Positions 25,501 to 40,016 of a stretch of 64,000 nucleotides of DNA are shown here, piece by piece. The notes under the pieces were generated by a model. That model searched no databases. It saw only the letters and a program-made list of their open reading frames with translations, and was not told where the DNA came from. Source of the DNA: the human T2T-CHM13v2.0 reference genome, Homo sapiens; the NCBI RefSeq assembly GCF_009914755.1, contig NC_060942.1; one strand, given 5' to 3'. A program made the translations under genes and the position numbers. Within the stretch, counting starts at the first letter, position 1, and each line of letters begins with the position of its first letter.

Positions 25501-28500
25501 TTGTAGTATCTGGAAGTGGACATTTGGAGCGCTTTCAGGCCTATTTTGGAAAGGGAAATATCTTCCCGTAACAACTATGCAGAAGCATTCTCAGAAACTT
25601 GTTTGTGATGTGTGCCCTCTACTGACAGAGTTGAACCTTTCTTTTCATAGAGCAGTTTTGAAACACTCTTTTTGTAGAATCTGCAAGAGGATATTTGCAT
25701 AGCTTTGAGGATTTCGTGGGAAACGGGATTGTCTTCAGGTAAAATCTAGACAGAAGCATTCTCAGAAACTTCTTTGGGATGTTTGCATTCAAGTCACAGA
25801 GTAGAACATTCCCTTTGGTAGAGCAGGTTTGAAACACTCTTTTTGTAGTATCTGGAAGTGGACATTTGGAGCGCTTTCAGGCCCATGTTGGAAAGGGAAA
25901 TATCTTCCCGTAACAACTAGGCAGAAGCATTCTCAGAAACTTATTTGAGATGTGTGTACTCAACTAAGAGAATTGAACCACCGTTTTGAAGGAGCAGTTT
26001 TGAAACACTCTTTTTCTGGAATCTGCAAGAGTATATTTGCCTAGCCTTGAGGATTTCGTTGGAAACGGGATTGTCTTCAGAGAAAATCTAGACAGAAGCA
26101 TTCTCAGAAACTTCTTTGGGATGTTTGCATTCAAGTCACAGAGTAGAACATTCCCTTTGGTAGAGCAGGTTTGAAACACTCTTTTTTTAGTATATGGAAG
26201 TGGACATTTGGAGCGCTTTCAGGCCTACGTTGGAAAAGGAAATATCTTCCCATAACAACTAGACAGAAGCATTCTCAGAAACTAGTTTCTGATGTGTGTC
26301 CTCAACTAACACAGTTGAACATTTCTTTAGACAGAACAGTTTTGAAACACTCTTTTTGTGGAATCTGCAAGTGGCTATTTGGCTAGATTTGAGGATTTCG
26401 TTGGAAACGGGATTACATATAAAAAGCAGTCAGCAGCATTCTCAGAAAGTTCTTTGTGATGATTGCATTCAAGTCACAGAATTGAACATTCCCTTTCACA
26501 GAGCAGGTTTGAAACACTCTTTTTGTAGTGTGTGTAAGTGGACATTTGGAGCACTTACCGGCCTAAGGTGAAAAAGGAAATATCTTCCCATAAAAACTAG
26601 ACAGAAGCATTCTCAGAAACTTACTCGTGATGTGTGTCCTCAACTAAAGGAGTAGAACCTTTCTTTTCATAGAGAAGTTTTGAAACGCTCTTTTTGTGGA
26701 ATCTGCAAGTGGATATTTGGCTAGTTTTGAGGATTTCGTTGGAAGCGGGAATTCATACAAATTGCAGACTGCAGCGTTCTGAGAAACATCTTTGTGATGT
26801 TTGTATTCAGGACACAGAGTTGAACATTCCCTATCATAGAGCAGGTTGGAATCACTCCTTTTGTAGTATCTGGAAGTGGACATTTGGAGCGCTTTCAGGC
26901 CTATGTTGGAAAAGGAAATATCTTCCCATAACAACTAGACAGAAGCATTCTCAGAAACTTATTTGAGATGTGTGTACTCAACTAAGAGAATTGAACCACC
27001 GTTTTGAAGGAGCAGTTTTGAAACTCTCTTTTTCTGGAATCTGCAAGTGGATATTTGGCTAGCTTTGGGGATTTCGCTGGAAGCGGGAATACATATAAAA
27101 AGCACAACAGCAGCGTTCTGAGAAACTGCTTTCTGATGTTTGCATTCAAGTCAAAAGTTGAACACTCCCTTTCATAGAGCAGTCTTGAAACACCCCTTTT
27201 GTAGTATCTGGAACTGGACTTTTGGAGCGATTTCAGGGCTAAGGTGAAAAAGGAAATATCTTCCCATAAAAACTGGACAGAAGCATTCTCAGAAACTTGG
27301 TTATGCTGTATCTACTCAACTAACAAAGTTGAACCTTTCTTTTGATAGAGCAGTTTTGAAATGGTCTTTTTGTGGAATCTGCAAGTGGATATTTGGCTAG
27401 TTTTGAGGATTTCGTTGGAAGCGGGAATTCATACAAATTGCAGACTGCAGCGTTCTGAGAAACATCTTTGTGATGTTTGTATTCAGGACACAGAGTTGAA
27501 CATTCCCTATCATAGAGCAGGTTGGAATCACTCCTTTTGTAGTATCTGGAAGTGGACATTTGGAGCGCTTTCAGGCCTATTTTGGAAAGGGAAATATCTT
27601 CCCGTAACAACTATGCAGAAGCATTCTCAGAAACTTGTTTGTGATGTGTGCCCTCTACTGACAGAGTTGAACCTTTCTTTTCATAGAGCAGTTTTGAAAC
27701 ACTCTTTTTGTAGAATCTGCAAGAGGATATTTGCATAGCTTTGAGGATTTCGTGGGAAACGGGATTGTCTTCAGGTAAAATCTAGACAGAAGCATTCTCA
27801 GAAACTTCTTTGGGATGTTTGCATTCAAGTCACAGAGTAGAACATTCCCTTTGGTAGAGCAGGTTTGAAACACTCTTTTTGTAGTATCTGGAAGTGGACA
27901 TTTGGAGCGCTTTCAGGCCCATGTTGGAAAGGGAAATATCTTCCCGTAACAACTAGGCAGAAGCATTCTCAGAAACTTATTTGAGATGTGTGTACTCAAC
28001 TAAGAGAATTGAACCACCGTTTTGAAGGAGCAGTTTTGAAACACTCTTTTTCTGGAATCTGCAAGAGTATATTTGCCTAGCCTTGAGGATTTCGTTGGAA
28101 ACGGGATTGTCTTCAGAGAAAATCTAGACAGAAGCATTCTCAGAAACTTCTTTGGGATGTTTGCATTCAAGTCACAGAGTAGAACATTCCCTTTGGTAGA
28201 GCAGGTTTGAAACACTCTTTTTTTAGTATATGGAAGTGGACATTTGGAGCGCTTTCAGGCCTACGTTGGAAAAGGAAATATCTTCCCATAACAACTAGAC
28301 AGAAGCATTCTCAGAAACTAGTTTCTGATGTGTGTCCTCAACTAACACAGTTGAACATTTCTTTAGACAGAACAGTTTTGAAACACTCTTTTTGTGGAAT
28401 CTGCAAGTGGCTATTTGGCTAGATTTGAGGATTTCGTTGGAAACGGGATTACATATAAAAAGCAGTCAGCAGCATTCTCAGAAAGTTCTTTGTGATGATT

Positions 28501-31500
28501 GCATTCAAGTCACAGAATTGAACATTCCCTTTCACAGAGCAGGTTTGAAACACTCTTTTTGTAGTGTGTGTAAGTGGACATTTGGAGCACTTACCGGCCT
28601 AAGGTGAAAAAGGAAATATCTTCCCATAAAAACTAGACAGAAGCATTCTCAGAAACTTACTCGTGATGTGTGTCCTCAACTAAAGGAGTAGAACCTTTCT
28701 TTTCATAGAGAAGTTTTGAAACGCTCTTTTTGTGGAATCTGCAAGTGGATATTTGGCTAGTTTTGAGGATTTCGTTGGAAGCGGGAATTCATACAAATTG
28801 CAGACTGCAGCGTTCTGAGAAACATCTTTGTGATGTTTGTATTCAGGACACAGAGTTGAACATTCCCTATCATAGAGCAGGTTTGAATCACTCCTTTTGT
28901 AGTATCTGGAAGTGGACATTTGGAGCGCTTTCAGGCCTATGTTGGAAAAGGAAATATCTTCCCATAACAACTAGACAGAAGCATTCTCAGAAACTTATTT
29001 GAGATGTGTGTACTCAACTAAGAGAATTGAACCACCGTTTTGAAGGAGCAGTTTTGAAACACTCTTTTTCTGGAATCTGCAAGTGGATATTTGGCTAGCT
29101 TTGGGGATTTCGCTGGAAGCGGGAATACATATAAAAAGCACACAGCAGCGTTCTGAGAAACTGCTTTCTGATGTTTGCATTCAAGTCAAAAGTTGAACAC
29201 TCCCTTTCATAGAGCAGTCTTGAAACACCCCTTTTGTAGTATCTGGAACTGGACTTTTGGAGCGATTTCAGGGCTAAGGTGAAAAAGGAAATATCTTCCC
29301 ATAAAAACTGGACAGAAGCATTCTCAGAAACTTGGTTATGCTGTATCTACTCAACTAACAAAGTTGAACCTTTCTTTTGATAGAGCAGTTTTGAAATGGT
29401 CTTTTTGTGGAATCTGCAAGTGGATATTTGGCTAGTTTTGAGGATTTCGTTGGAAGCGGGAATTCATACAAATTGCAGACTGCAGCGTTCTGAGAAACAT
29501 CTTTGTGATGTTTGTATTCAGGACACAGAGTTGAACATTCCCTATCATAGAGCAGGTTGGAATCACTCCTTTTGTAGTATCTGGAAGTGGACATTTGGAG
29601 CGCTTTCAGGCCTATTTTGGAAAGGGAAATATCTTCCCGTAACAACTATGCAGAAGCATTCTCAGAAACTTGTTTGTGATGTGTGCCCTCTACTGACAGA
29701 GTTGAACCTTTCTTTTCATAGAGCAGTTTTGAAACACTCTTTTTGTAGAATCTGCAAGAGGATATTTGCATAGCTTTGAGGATTTCGTGGGAAACGGGAT
29801 TGTCTTCAGGTAAAATCTAGACAGAAGCATTCTCAGAAACTTCTTTGGGATGTTTGCATTCAAGTCACAGAGTAGAACATTCCCTTTGGTAGAGCAGGTT
29901 TGAAACACTCTTTTTGTAGTATCTGGAAGTGGACATTTGGAGCGCTTTCAGGCCCATGTTGGAAAGGGAAATATCTTCCCGTAACAACTAGGCAGAAGCA
30001 TTCTCAGAAACTTATTTGAGATGTGTGTACTCAACTAAGAGAATTGAACCACCGTTTTGAAGGAGCAGTTTTGAAACACTCTTTTTCTGGAATCTGCAAG
30101 AGTATATTTGCCTAGCCTTGAGGATTTCGTTGGAAACGGGATTGTCTTCAGAGAAAATCTAGACAGAAGCATTCTCAGAAACTTCTTTGGGATGTTTGCA
30201 TTCAAGTCACAGAGTAGAACATTCCCTTTGGTAGAGCAGGTTTGAAACACTCTTTTTGTAGTATCTGGAAGTGGACATTTGGAGCGCTTTCAGGCCTACG
30301 TTGGAAAAGGAAATATCTTCCCATAACAACTAGACAGAAGCATTCTCAGAAACTAGTTTCTGATGTGTGTCCTCAACTAACACAGTTGAACATTTCTTTA
30401 GACAGAACAGTTTTGAAACACTCTTTTTGTGGAATCTGCAAGTGGCTATTTGGCTAGATTTGAGGATTTCGTTGGAAACGGGATTACATATAAAAAGCAG
30501 TCAGCAGCATTCTCAGAAAGTTCTTTGTGATGATTGCATTCAAGTCACAGAATTGAACATTCCCTTTCACAGAGCAGGTTTGAAACACTCTTTTTGTAGT
30601 GTGTGTAAGTGGACATTTGGAGCACTTACCGGCCTAAGGTGAAAAAGGAAATATCTTCCCATAAAAACTAGACAGAAGCATTCTCAGAAACTTACTCGTG
30701 ATGTGTGTCCTCAACTAAAGGAGTAGAACCTTTCTTTTCATAGATAAGTTTTGAAACGCTCTTTTTGTGGAATCTGCAAGTGGATATTTGGCTAGTTTTG
30801 AGGATTTCGTTGGAAGCGGGAATTCATACAAATTGCAGACTGCAGCGTTCTGAGAAACATCTTTGTGATGTTTGTATTCAGGACACAGAGTTGAACATTC
30901 CCTATCATAGAGCAGGTTTGAATCACTCCTTTTGTAGTATCTGGAAGTGGACATTTGGAGTGCTTTCAGGCCTATGTTGGAAAAGGAAATATCTTCCCAT
31001 AACAACTAGACAGAAGCATTCTCAGAAACTTATTTGAGATGTGTGTACTCAACTAAGAGAATTGAACCACCGTTTTGAAGGAGCAGTTTTGAAACACTCT
31101 TTTTCTGGAATCTGCAAGTGGATATTTGGCTAGCTTTGGGGATTTCGCTGGAAGCGGGAATACATATAAAAAGCACACAGCAGCGTTCTGAGAAACTGCT
31201 TTCTGATGTTTGCATTCAAGTCAAAAGTTGAACACTCCCTTTCATAGAGCAGTCTTGAAACACCCCTTTTGTAGTATCTGGAACTGGACTTTTGGAGCGA
31301 TTTCAGGGCTAAGGTGAAAAAGGAAATATCTTCCCATAAAAACTGGACAGAAGCATTCTCAGAAACTTGGTTATGCTGTATCTACTCAACTAACAAAGTT
31401 GAACCTTTCTTTTGATAGAGCAGTTTTGAAATGGTCTTTTTGTGGAATCTGCAAGTGGATATTTGGCTAGTTTTGAGGATTTCGTTGGAAGCGGGAATTC

Positions 31501-34500
31501 ATACAAATTGCAGACTGCAGCGTTCTGAGAAACATCTTTGTGATGTTTGTATTCAGGACACAGAGTTGAACATTCCCTATCATAGAGCAGGTTGGAATCA
31601 CTCCTTTTGTAGTATCTGGAAGTGGACATTTGGAGCGCTTTCAGGCCTATTTTGGAAAGGGAAATATCTTCCCGTAACAACTATGCAGAAGCATTCTCAG
31701 AAACTTGTTTGTGATGTGTGCCCTCTACTGACAGAGTTGAACCTTTCTTTTCATAGAGCAGTTTTGAAACACTCTTTTTGTAGAATCTGCAAGAGGATAT
31801 TTGCATAGCTTTGAGGATTTCGTGGGAAACGGGATTGTCTTCAGGTAAAATCTAGACAGAAGCATTCTCAGAAACTTCTTTGGGATGTTTGCATTCAAGT
31901 CACAGAGTAGAACATTCCCTTTGGTAGAGCAGGTTTGAAACACTCTTTTTGTAGTATCTGGAAGTGGACATTTGGAGCGCTTTCAGGCCCATGTTGGAAA
32001 GGGAAATATCTTCCCGTAACAACTAGGCAGAAGCATTCTCAGAAACTTATTTGAGATGTGTGTACTCAACTAAGAGAATTGAACCACCGTTTTGAAGGAG
32101 CAGTTTTGAAACACTCTTTTTCTGGAATCTGCAAGAGTATATTTGCCTAGCCTTGAGGATTTCGTTGGAAACGGGATTGTCTTCAGAGAAAATCTAGACA
32201 GAAGCATTCTCAGAAACTTCTTTGGGATGTTTGCATTCAAGTCACAGAGTAGAACATTCCCTTTGGTAGAGCAGGTTTGAAACACTCTTTTTGTAGTATC
32301 TGGAAGTGGACATTTGGAGCGCTTTCAGGCCTACGTTGGAAAAGGAAATATCTTCCCATAACAACTAGACAGAAGCATTCTCAGAAACTAGTTTCTGATG
32401 TGTGTCCTCAACTAACACAGTTGAACATTTCTTTAGACAGAACAGTTTTGAAACACTCTTTTTGTGGAATCTGCAAGTGGCTATTTGGCTAGATTTGAGG
32501 ATTTCGTTGGAAACGGGATTACATATAAAAAGCAGTCAGCAGCATTCTCAGAAAGTTCTTTGTGATGATTGCATTCAAGTCACAGAATTGAACATTCCCT
32601 TTCACAGAGCAGGTTTGAAACACTCTTTTTGTAGTGTGTGTAAGTGGACATTTGGAGCACTTACCGGCCTAAGGTGAAAAAGGAAATATCTTCCCATAAA
32701 AACTAGACAGAAGCATTCTCAGAAACTTACTCGTGATGTGTGTCCTCAACTAAAGGAGTAGAACCTTTCTTTTCATAGAGAAGTTTTGAAACGCTCTTTT
32801 TGTGGAATCTGCAAGTGGATATTTGGCTAGTTTTGAGGATTTCGTTGGAAGCGGGAATTCATACAAATTGCAGACTGCAGCGTTCTGAGAAACATCTTTG
32901 TGATGTTTGTATTCAGGACACAGAGTTGAACATTCCCTATCATAGAGCAGGTTTGAATCACTCCTTTTGTAGTATCTGGAAGTGGACATTTGGAGCGCTT
33001 TCAGGCCTATGTTGGAAAAGGAAATATCTTCCCATAACAACTAGACAGAAGCATTCTCAGAAACTTATTTGAGATGTGTGTACTCAACTAAGAGAATTGA
33101 ACCACCGTTTTGAAGGAGCAGTTTTGAAACACTCTTTTTCTGGAATCTGCAAGTGGATATTTGGCTAGCTTTGGGGATTTCGCTGGAAGCGGGAATACAT
33201 ATAAAAAGCACACAGCAGCGTTCTGAGAAACTGCTTTCTGATGTTTGCATTCAAGTCAAAAGTTGAACACTCCCTTTCATAGAGCAGTCTTGAAACACCC
33301 CTTTTGTAGTATCTGGAACTGGACTTTTGGAGCGATTTCAGGGCTAAGGTGAAAAAGGAAATATCTTCCCATAAAAACTGGACAGAAGCATTCTCAGAAA
33401 CTTGGTTATGCTGTATCTACTCAACTAACAAAGTTGAACCTTTCTTTTGATAGAGCAGTTTTGAAATGGTCTTTTTGTGGAATCTGCAAGTGGATATTTG
33501 GCTAGTTTTGAGGATTTCGTTGGAAGCGGGAATTCATACAAATTGCAGACTGCAGCGTTCTGAGAAACATCTTTGTGATGTTTGTATTCAGGACACAGAG
33601 TTGAACATTCCCTATCATAGAGCAGGTTGGAATCACTCCTTTTGTAGTATCTGGAAGTGGACATTTGGAGCGCTTTCAGGCCTATTTTGGAAAGGGAAAT
33701 ATCTTCCCGTAACAACTATGCAGAAGCATTCTCAGAAACTTGTTTGTGATGTGTGCCCTCTACTGACAGAGTTGAACCTTTCTTTTCATAGAGCAGTTTT
33801 GAAACACTCTTTTTGTAGAATCTGCAAGAGGATATTTGCATAGCTTTGAGGATTTCGTGGGAAACGGGATTGTCTTCAGGTAAAATCTAGACAGAAGCAT
33901 TCTCAGAAACTTCTTTGGGATGTTTGCATTCAAGTCACAGAGTAGAACATTCCCTTTGGTAGAGCAGGTTTGAAACACTCTTTTTGTAGTATCTGGAAGT
34001 GGACATTTGGAGCGCTTTCAGGCCCATGTTGGAAAGGGAAATATCTTCCCGTAACAACTAGGCAGAAGCATTCTCAGAAACTTATTTGAGATGTGTGTAC
34101 TCAACTAAGAGAATTGAACCACCGTTTTGAAGGAGCAGTTTTGAAACACTCTTTTTCTGGAATCTGCAAGAGTATATTTGCCTAGCCTTGAGGATTTCGT
34201 TGGAAACGGGATTGTCTTCAGAGAAAATCTAGACAGAAGCATTCTCAGAAACTTCTTTGGGATGTTTGCATTCAAGTCACAGAGTAGAACATTCCCTTTG
34301 GTAGAGCAGGTTTGAAACACTCTTTTTTTAGTATATGGAAGTGGACATTTGGAGCGCTTTCAGGCCTACGTTGGAAAAGGAAATATCTTCCCATAACAAC
34401 TAGACAGAAGCATTCTCAGAAACTAGTTTCTGATGTGTGTCCTCAACTAACACAGTTGAACATTTCTTTAGACAGAACAGTTTTGAAACACTCTTTTTGT

Positions 34501-37500
34501 GGAATCTGCAAGTGGCTATTTGGCTAGATTTGAGGATTTCGTTGGAAACGGGATTACATATAAAAAGCAGTCAGCAGCATTCTCAGAAAGTTCTTTGTGA
34601 TGATTGCATTCAAGTCACAGAATTGAACATTCCCTTTCACAGAGCAGGTTTGAAACACTCTTTTTGTAGTGTGTGTAAGTGGACATTTGGAGCACTTACC
34701 GGCCTAAGGTGAAAAAGGAAATATCTTCCCATAAAAACTAGACAGAAGCATTCTCAGAAACTTACTCGTGATGTGTGTCCTCAACTAAAGGAGTAGAACC
34801 TTTCTTTTCATAGAGAAGTTTTGAAACGCTCTTTTTGTGGAATCTGCAAGTGGATATTTGGCTAGTTTTGAGGATTTCGTTGGAAGCGGGAATTCATACA
34901 AATTGCAGACTGCAGCGTTCTGAGAAACATCTTTGTGATGTTTGTATTCAGGACACAGAGTTGAACATTCCCTATCATAGAGCAGGTTTGAATCACTCCT
35001 TTTGTAGTATCTGGAAGTGGACATTTGGAGTGCTTTCAGGCCTATGTTGGAAAAGGAAATATCTTCCCATAACAACTAGACAGAAGCATTCTCAGAAACT
35101 TATTTGAGATGTGTGTACTCAACTAAGAGAATTGAACCACCGTTTTGAAGGAGCAGTTTTGAAACACTCTTTTTCTGGAATCTGCAAGTGGATATTTGGC
35201 TAGCTTTGGGGATTTCGCTGGAAGCGGGAATACATATAAAAAGCACACAGCAGCGTTCTGAGAAACTGCTTTCTGATGTTTGCATTCAAGTCAAAAGTTG
35301 AACACTCCCTTTCATAGAGCAGTCTTGAAACACCCCTTTTGTAGTATCTGGAACTGGACTTTTGGAGCGATTTCAGGGCTAAGGTGAAAAAGGAAATATC
35401 TTCCCATAAAAACTGGACAGAAGCATTCTCAGAAACTTGGTTATGCTGTATCTACTCAACTAACAAAGTTGAACCTTTCTTTTGATAGAGCAGTTTTGAA
35501 ATGGTCTTTTTGTGGAATCTGCAAGTGGATATTTGGCTAGTTTTGAGGATTTCGTTGGAAGCGGGAATTCATACAAATTGCAGACTGCAGCGTTCTGAGA
35601 AACATCTTTGTGATGTTTGTATTCAGGACACAGAGTTGAACATTCCCTATCATAGAGCAGGTTGGAATCACTCCTTTTGTAGTATCTGGAAGTGGACATT
35701 TGGAGCGCTTTCAGGCCTATTTTGGAAAGGGAAATATCTTCCCGTAACAACTATGCAGAAGCATTCTCAGAAACTTGTTTGTGATGTGTGCCCTCTACTG
35801 ACAGAGTTGAACCTTTCTTTTCATAGAGCAGTTTTGAAACACTCTTTTTGTAGAATCTGCAAGAGGATATTTGCATAGCTTTGAGGATTTCGTGGGAAAC
35901 GGGATTGTCTTCAGGTAAAATCTAGACAGAAGCATTCTCAGAAACTTCTTTGGGATGTTTGCATTCAAGTCACAGAGTAGAACATTCCCTTTGGTAGAGC
36001 AGGTTTGAAACACTCTTTTTGTAGTATCTGGAAGTGGACATTTGGAGCGCTTTCAGGCCCATGTTGGAAAGGGAAATATCTTCCCGTAACAACTAGGCAG
36101 AAGCATTCTCAGAAACTTATTTGAGATGTGTGTACTCAACTAAGAGAATTGAACCACCGTTTTGAAGGAGCAGTTTTGAAACACTCTTTTTCTGGAATCT
36201 GCAAGAGTATATTTGCCTAGCCTTGAGGATTTCGTTGGAAACGGGATTGTCTTCAGAGAAAATCTAGACAGAAGCATTCTCAGAAACTTCTTTGGGATGT
36301 TTGCATTTAAGTCACAGAGTAGAACATTCCCTTTGGTAGAGCAGGTTTGAAACACTCTTTTTGTAGTATCTGGAAGTGGACATTTGGAGCGCTTTCAGGC
36401 CTACGTTGGAAAAGGAAATATCTTCCCATAACAACTAGACAGAAGCATTCTCAGAAACTAGTTTCTGATGTGTGTCCTCAACTAACACAGTTGAACATTT
36501 CTTTAGACAGAACAGTTTTGAAACACTCTTTTTGTGGAATCTGCAAGTGGCTATTTGGCTAGATTTGAGGATTTCGTTGGAAACGGGATTACATATAAAA
36601 AGCAGTCAGCAGCATTCTCAGAAAGTTCTTTGTGATGATTGCATTCAAGTCACAGAATTGAACATTCCCTTTCACAGAGCAGGTTTGAAACACTCTTTTT
36701 GTAGTGTGTGTAAGTGGACATTTGGAGCACTTACCGGCCTAAGGTGAAAAAGGAAATATCTTCCCATAAAAACTAGACAGAAGCATTCTCAGAAACTTAC
36801 TCGTGATGTGTGTCCTCAACTAAAGGAGTAGAACCTTTCTTTTCATAGAGAAGTTTTGAAACGCTCTTTTTGTGGAATCTGCAAGTGGATATTTGGCTAG
36901 TTTTGAGGATTTCGTTGGAAGCGGGAATTCATACAAATTGCAGACTGCAGCGTTCTGAGAAACATCTTTGTGATGTTTGTATTCAGGACACAGAGTTGAA
37001 CATTCCCTATCATAGAGCAGGTTTGAATCACTCCTTTTGTAGTATCTGGAAGTGGACATTTGGAGTGCTTTCTGGCATATGTTGGAAAAGGAAATATCTT
37101 CCCATAACAACTAGACAGAAGCATTCTCAGAAACTTATTTGAGATGTGTGTACTCAACTAAGAGAATTGAACCACCGTTTTGAAGGAGCAGTTTTGAAAC
37201 ACTCTTTTTCTGGAATCTGCAAGTGGATATTTGGCTAGCTTTGGGGATTTCGCTGGAAGCGGGAATACATATAAAAAGCACACAGCAGCGTTCTGAGAAA
37301 CTGCTTTCTGATGTTTGCATTCAAGTCAAAAGTTGAACACTCCCTTTCATAGAGCAGTCTTGAAACACCCCTTTTGTAGTATCTGGAACTGGACTTTTGG
37401 AGCGATTTCAGGGCTAAGGTGAAAAAGGAAATATCTTCCCATAAAAACTGGACAGAAGCATTCTCAGAAACTTGTTTATGCTGTATCTACTCAACTAACA

Positions 37501-40016
37501 AAGTTGAACCTTTCTTTTGATAGAGCAGTTTTGAAATGGTCTTTTTGTGGAATCTGCAAGTGGATATTTGGCTAGTTTTGAGGATTTCGTTGGAAGCGGG
37601 AATTCATACAAATTGCAGACTGCAGCGTTCTGAGAAACATCTTTGTGATGTTTGTATTCAGGACACAGAGTTGAACATTCCCTATCATAGAGCAGGTTGG
37701 AATCACTCCTTTTGTAGTATCTGGAAGTGGACATTTGGAGCGCTTTCAGGCCTATTTTGGAAAGGGAAATATCTTCCCGTAACAACTATGCAGAAGCATT
37801 CTCAGAAACTTGTTTGTGATGTGTGCCCTCTACTGACAGAGTTGAACCTTTCTTTTCATAGAGCAGTTTTGAAACACTCTTTTTGTAGAATCTGCAAGAG
37901 GATATTTGCATAGCTTTGAGGATTTCGTGGGAAACGGGATTGTCTTCAGGTAAAATCTAGACAGAAGCATTCTCAGAAACTTCTTTGGGATGTTTGCATT
38001 CAAGTCACAGAGTAGAACATTCCCTTTGGTAGAGCAGGTTTGAAACACTCTTTTTGTAGTATCTGGAAGTGGACATTTGGAGCGCTTTCAGGCCCATGTT
38101 GGAAAGGGAAATATCTTCCCGTAACAACTAGGCAGAAGCATTCTCAGAAACTTATTTGAGATGTGTGTACTCAACTAAGAGAATTGAACCACCGTTTTGA
38201 AGGAGCAGTTTTGAAACACTCTTTTTCTGGAATCTGCAAGAGTATATTTGCCTAGCCTTGAGGATTTCGTTGGAAACGGGATTGTCTTCAGAGAAAATCT
38301 AGACAGAAGCATTCTCAGAAACTTCTTTGGGATGTTTGCATTCAAGTCACAGAGTAGAACATTCCCTTTGGTAGAGCAGGTTTGAAACACTCTTTTTTTA
38401 GTATATGGAAGTGGACATTTGGAGCGCTTTCAGGCCTACGTTGGAAAAGGAAATATCTTCCCATAACAACTAGACAGAAGCATTCTCAGAAACTAGTTTC
38501 TGATGTGTGTCCTCAACTAACACAGTTGAACATTTCTTTAGACAGAACAGTTTTGAAACACTCTTTTTGTGGAATCTGCAAGTGGCTATTTGGCTAGATT
38601 TGAGGATTTCGTTGGAAACGGGATTACATATAAAAAGCAGTCAGCAGCATTCTCAGAAAGTTCTTTGTGATGATTGCATTCAAGTCACAGAATTGAACAT
38701 TCCCTTTCACAGAGCAGGTTTGAAACACTCTTTTTGTAGTGTGTGTAAGTGGACATTTGGAGCACTTTCCGGCCTAAGGTGAAAAAGGAAATATCTTCCC
38801 ATAAAAACTAGACAGAAGCATTCTCAGAAACTTACTCGTGATGTGTGTCCTCAACTAAAGGAGTAGAACCTTTCTTTTCATAGAGAAGTTTTGAAACGCT
38901 CTTTTTGTGGAATCTGCAAGTGGATATTTGGCTAGTTTTGAGGATTTCGTTGGAAGCGGGAATTCATACAAATTGCAGACTGCAGCGTTCTGAGAAACAT
39001 CTTTGTGATGTTTGTATTCAGGACACAGAGTTGAACATTCCCTATCATAGAGCAGGTTTGAATCACTCCTTTTGTAGTATCTGGAAGTGGACATTTGGAG
39101 CGCTTTCAGGCCTATGTTGGAAAAGGAAATATCTTCCCATAACAACTAGACAGAAGCATTCTCAGAAACTTATTTGAGATGTGTGTACTCAACTAAGAGA
39201 ATTGAACCACCGTTTTGAAGGAGCAGTTTTGAAACTCTCTTTTTCTGGAATCTGCAAGTGGATATTTGGCTAGCTTTGGGGATTTCGCTGGAAGCGGGAA
39301 TACATATAAAAAGCACACAGCAGCGTTCTGAGAAACTGCTTTCTGATGTTTGCATTCAAGTCAAAAGTTGAACACTCCCTTTCATAGAGCAGTCTTGAAA
39401 CACCCCTTTTGTAGTATCTGGAACTGGACTTTTGGAGCGATTTCAGGGCTAAGGTGAAAAAGGAAATATCTTCCCATAAAAACTGGACAGAAGCATTCTC
39501 AGAAACTTGTTTATGCTGTATCTACTCAACTAACAAAGTTGAACCTTTCTTTTGATAGAGCAGTTTTGAAATGGTCTTTTTGTGGAATCTGCAAGTGGAT
39601 ATTTGGCTAGTTTTGAGGATTTCGTTGGAAGCGGGAATTCATACAAATTGCAGACTGCAGCGTTCTGAGAAACATCTTTGTGATGTTTGTATTCAGGACA
39701 CAGAGTTGAACATTCCCTATCATAGAGCAGGTTGGAATCACTCCTTTTGTAGTATCTGGAAGTGGACATTTGGAGCGCTTTCAGGCCTATTTTGGAAAGG
39801 GAAATATCTTCCCGTAACAACTATGCAGAAGCATTCTCAGAAACTTGTTTGTGATGTGTGCCCTCTACTGACAGAGTTGAACCTTTCTTTTCATAGAGCA
39901 GTTTTGAAACACTCTTTTTGTAGAATCTGCAAGAGGATATTTGCATAGCTTTGAGGATTTCGTGGGAAACGGGATTGTCTTCAGGTAAAATCTAGACAGA
40001 AGCATTCTCAGAAACT
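13561..40016 (+). repeat. Thirteen tandem 12-mer HORs (U7-U19); U13 is 2036 bp
   Basis: 2035-bp periodicity, with a single +1 shift from an extra A at ~27106-27107. Confidence 0.95.
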
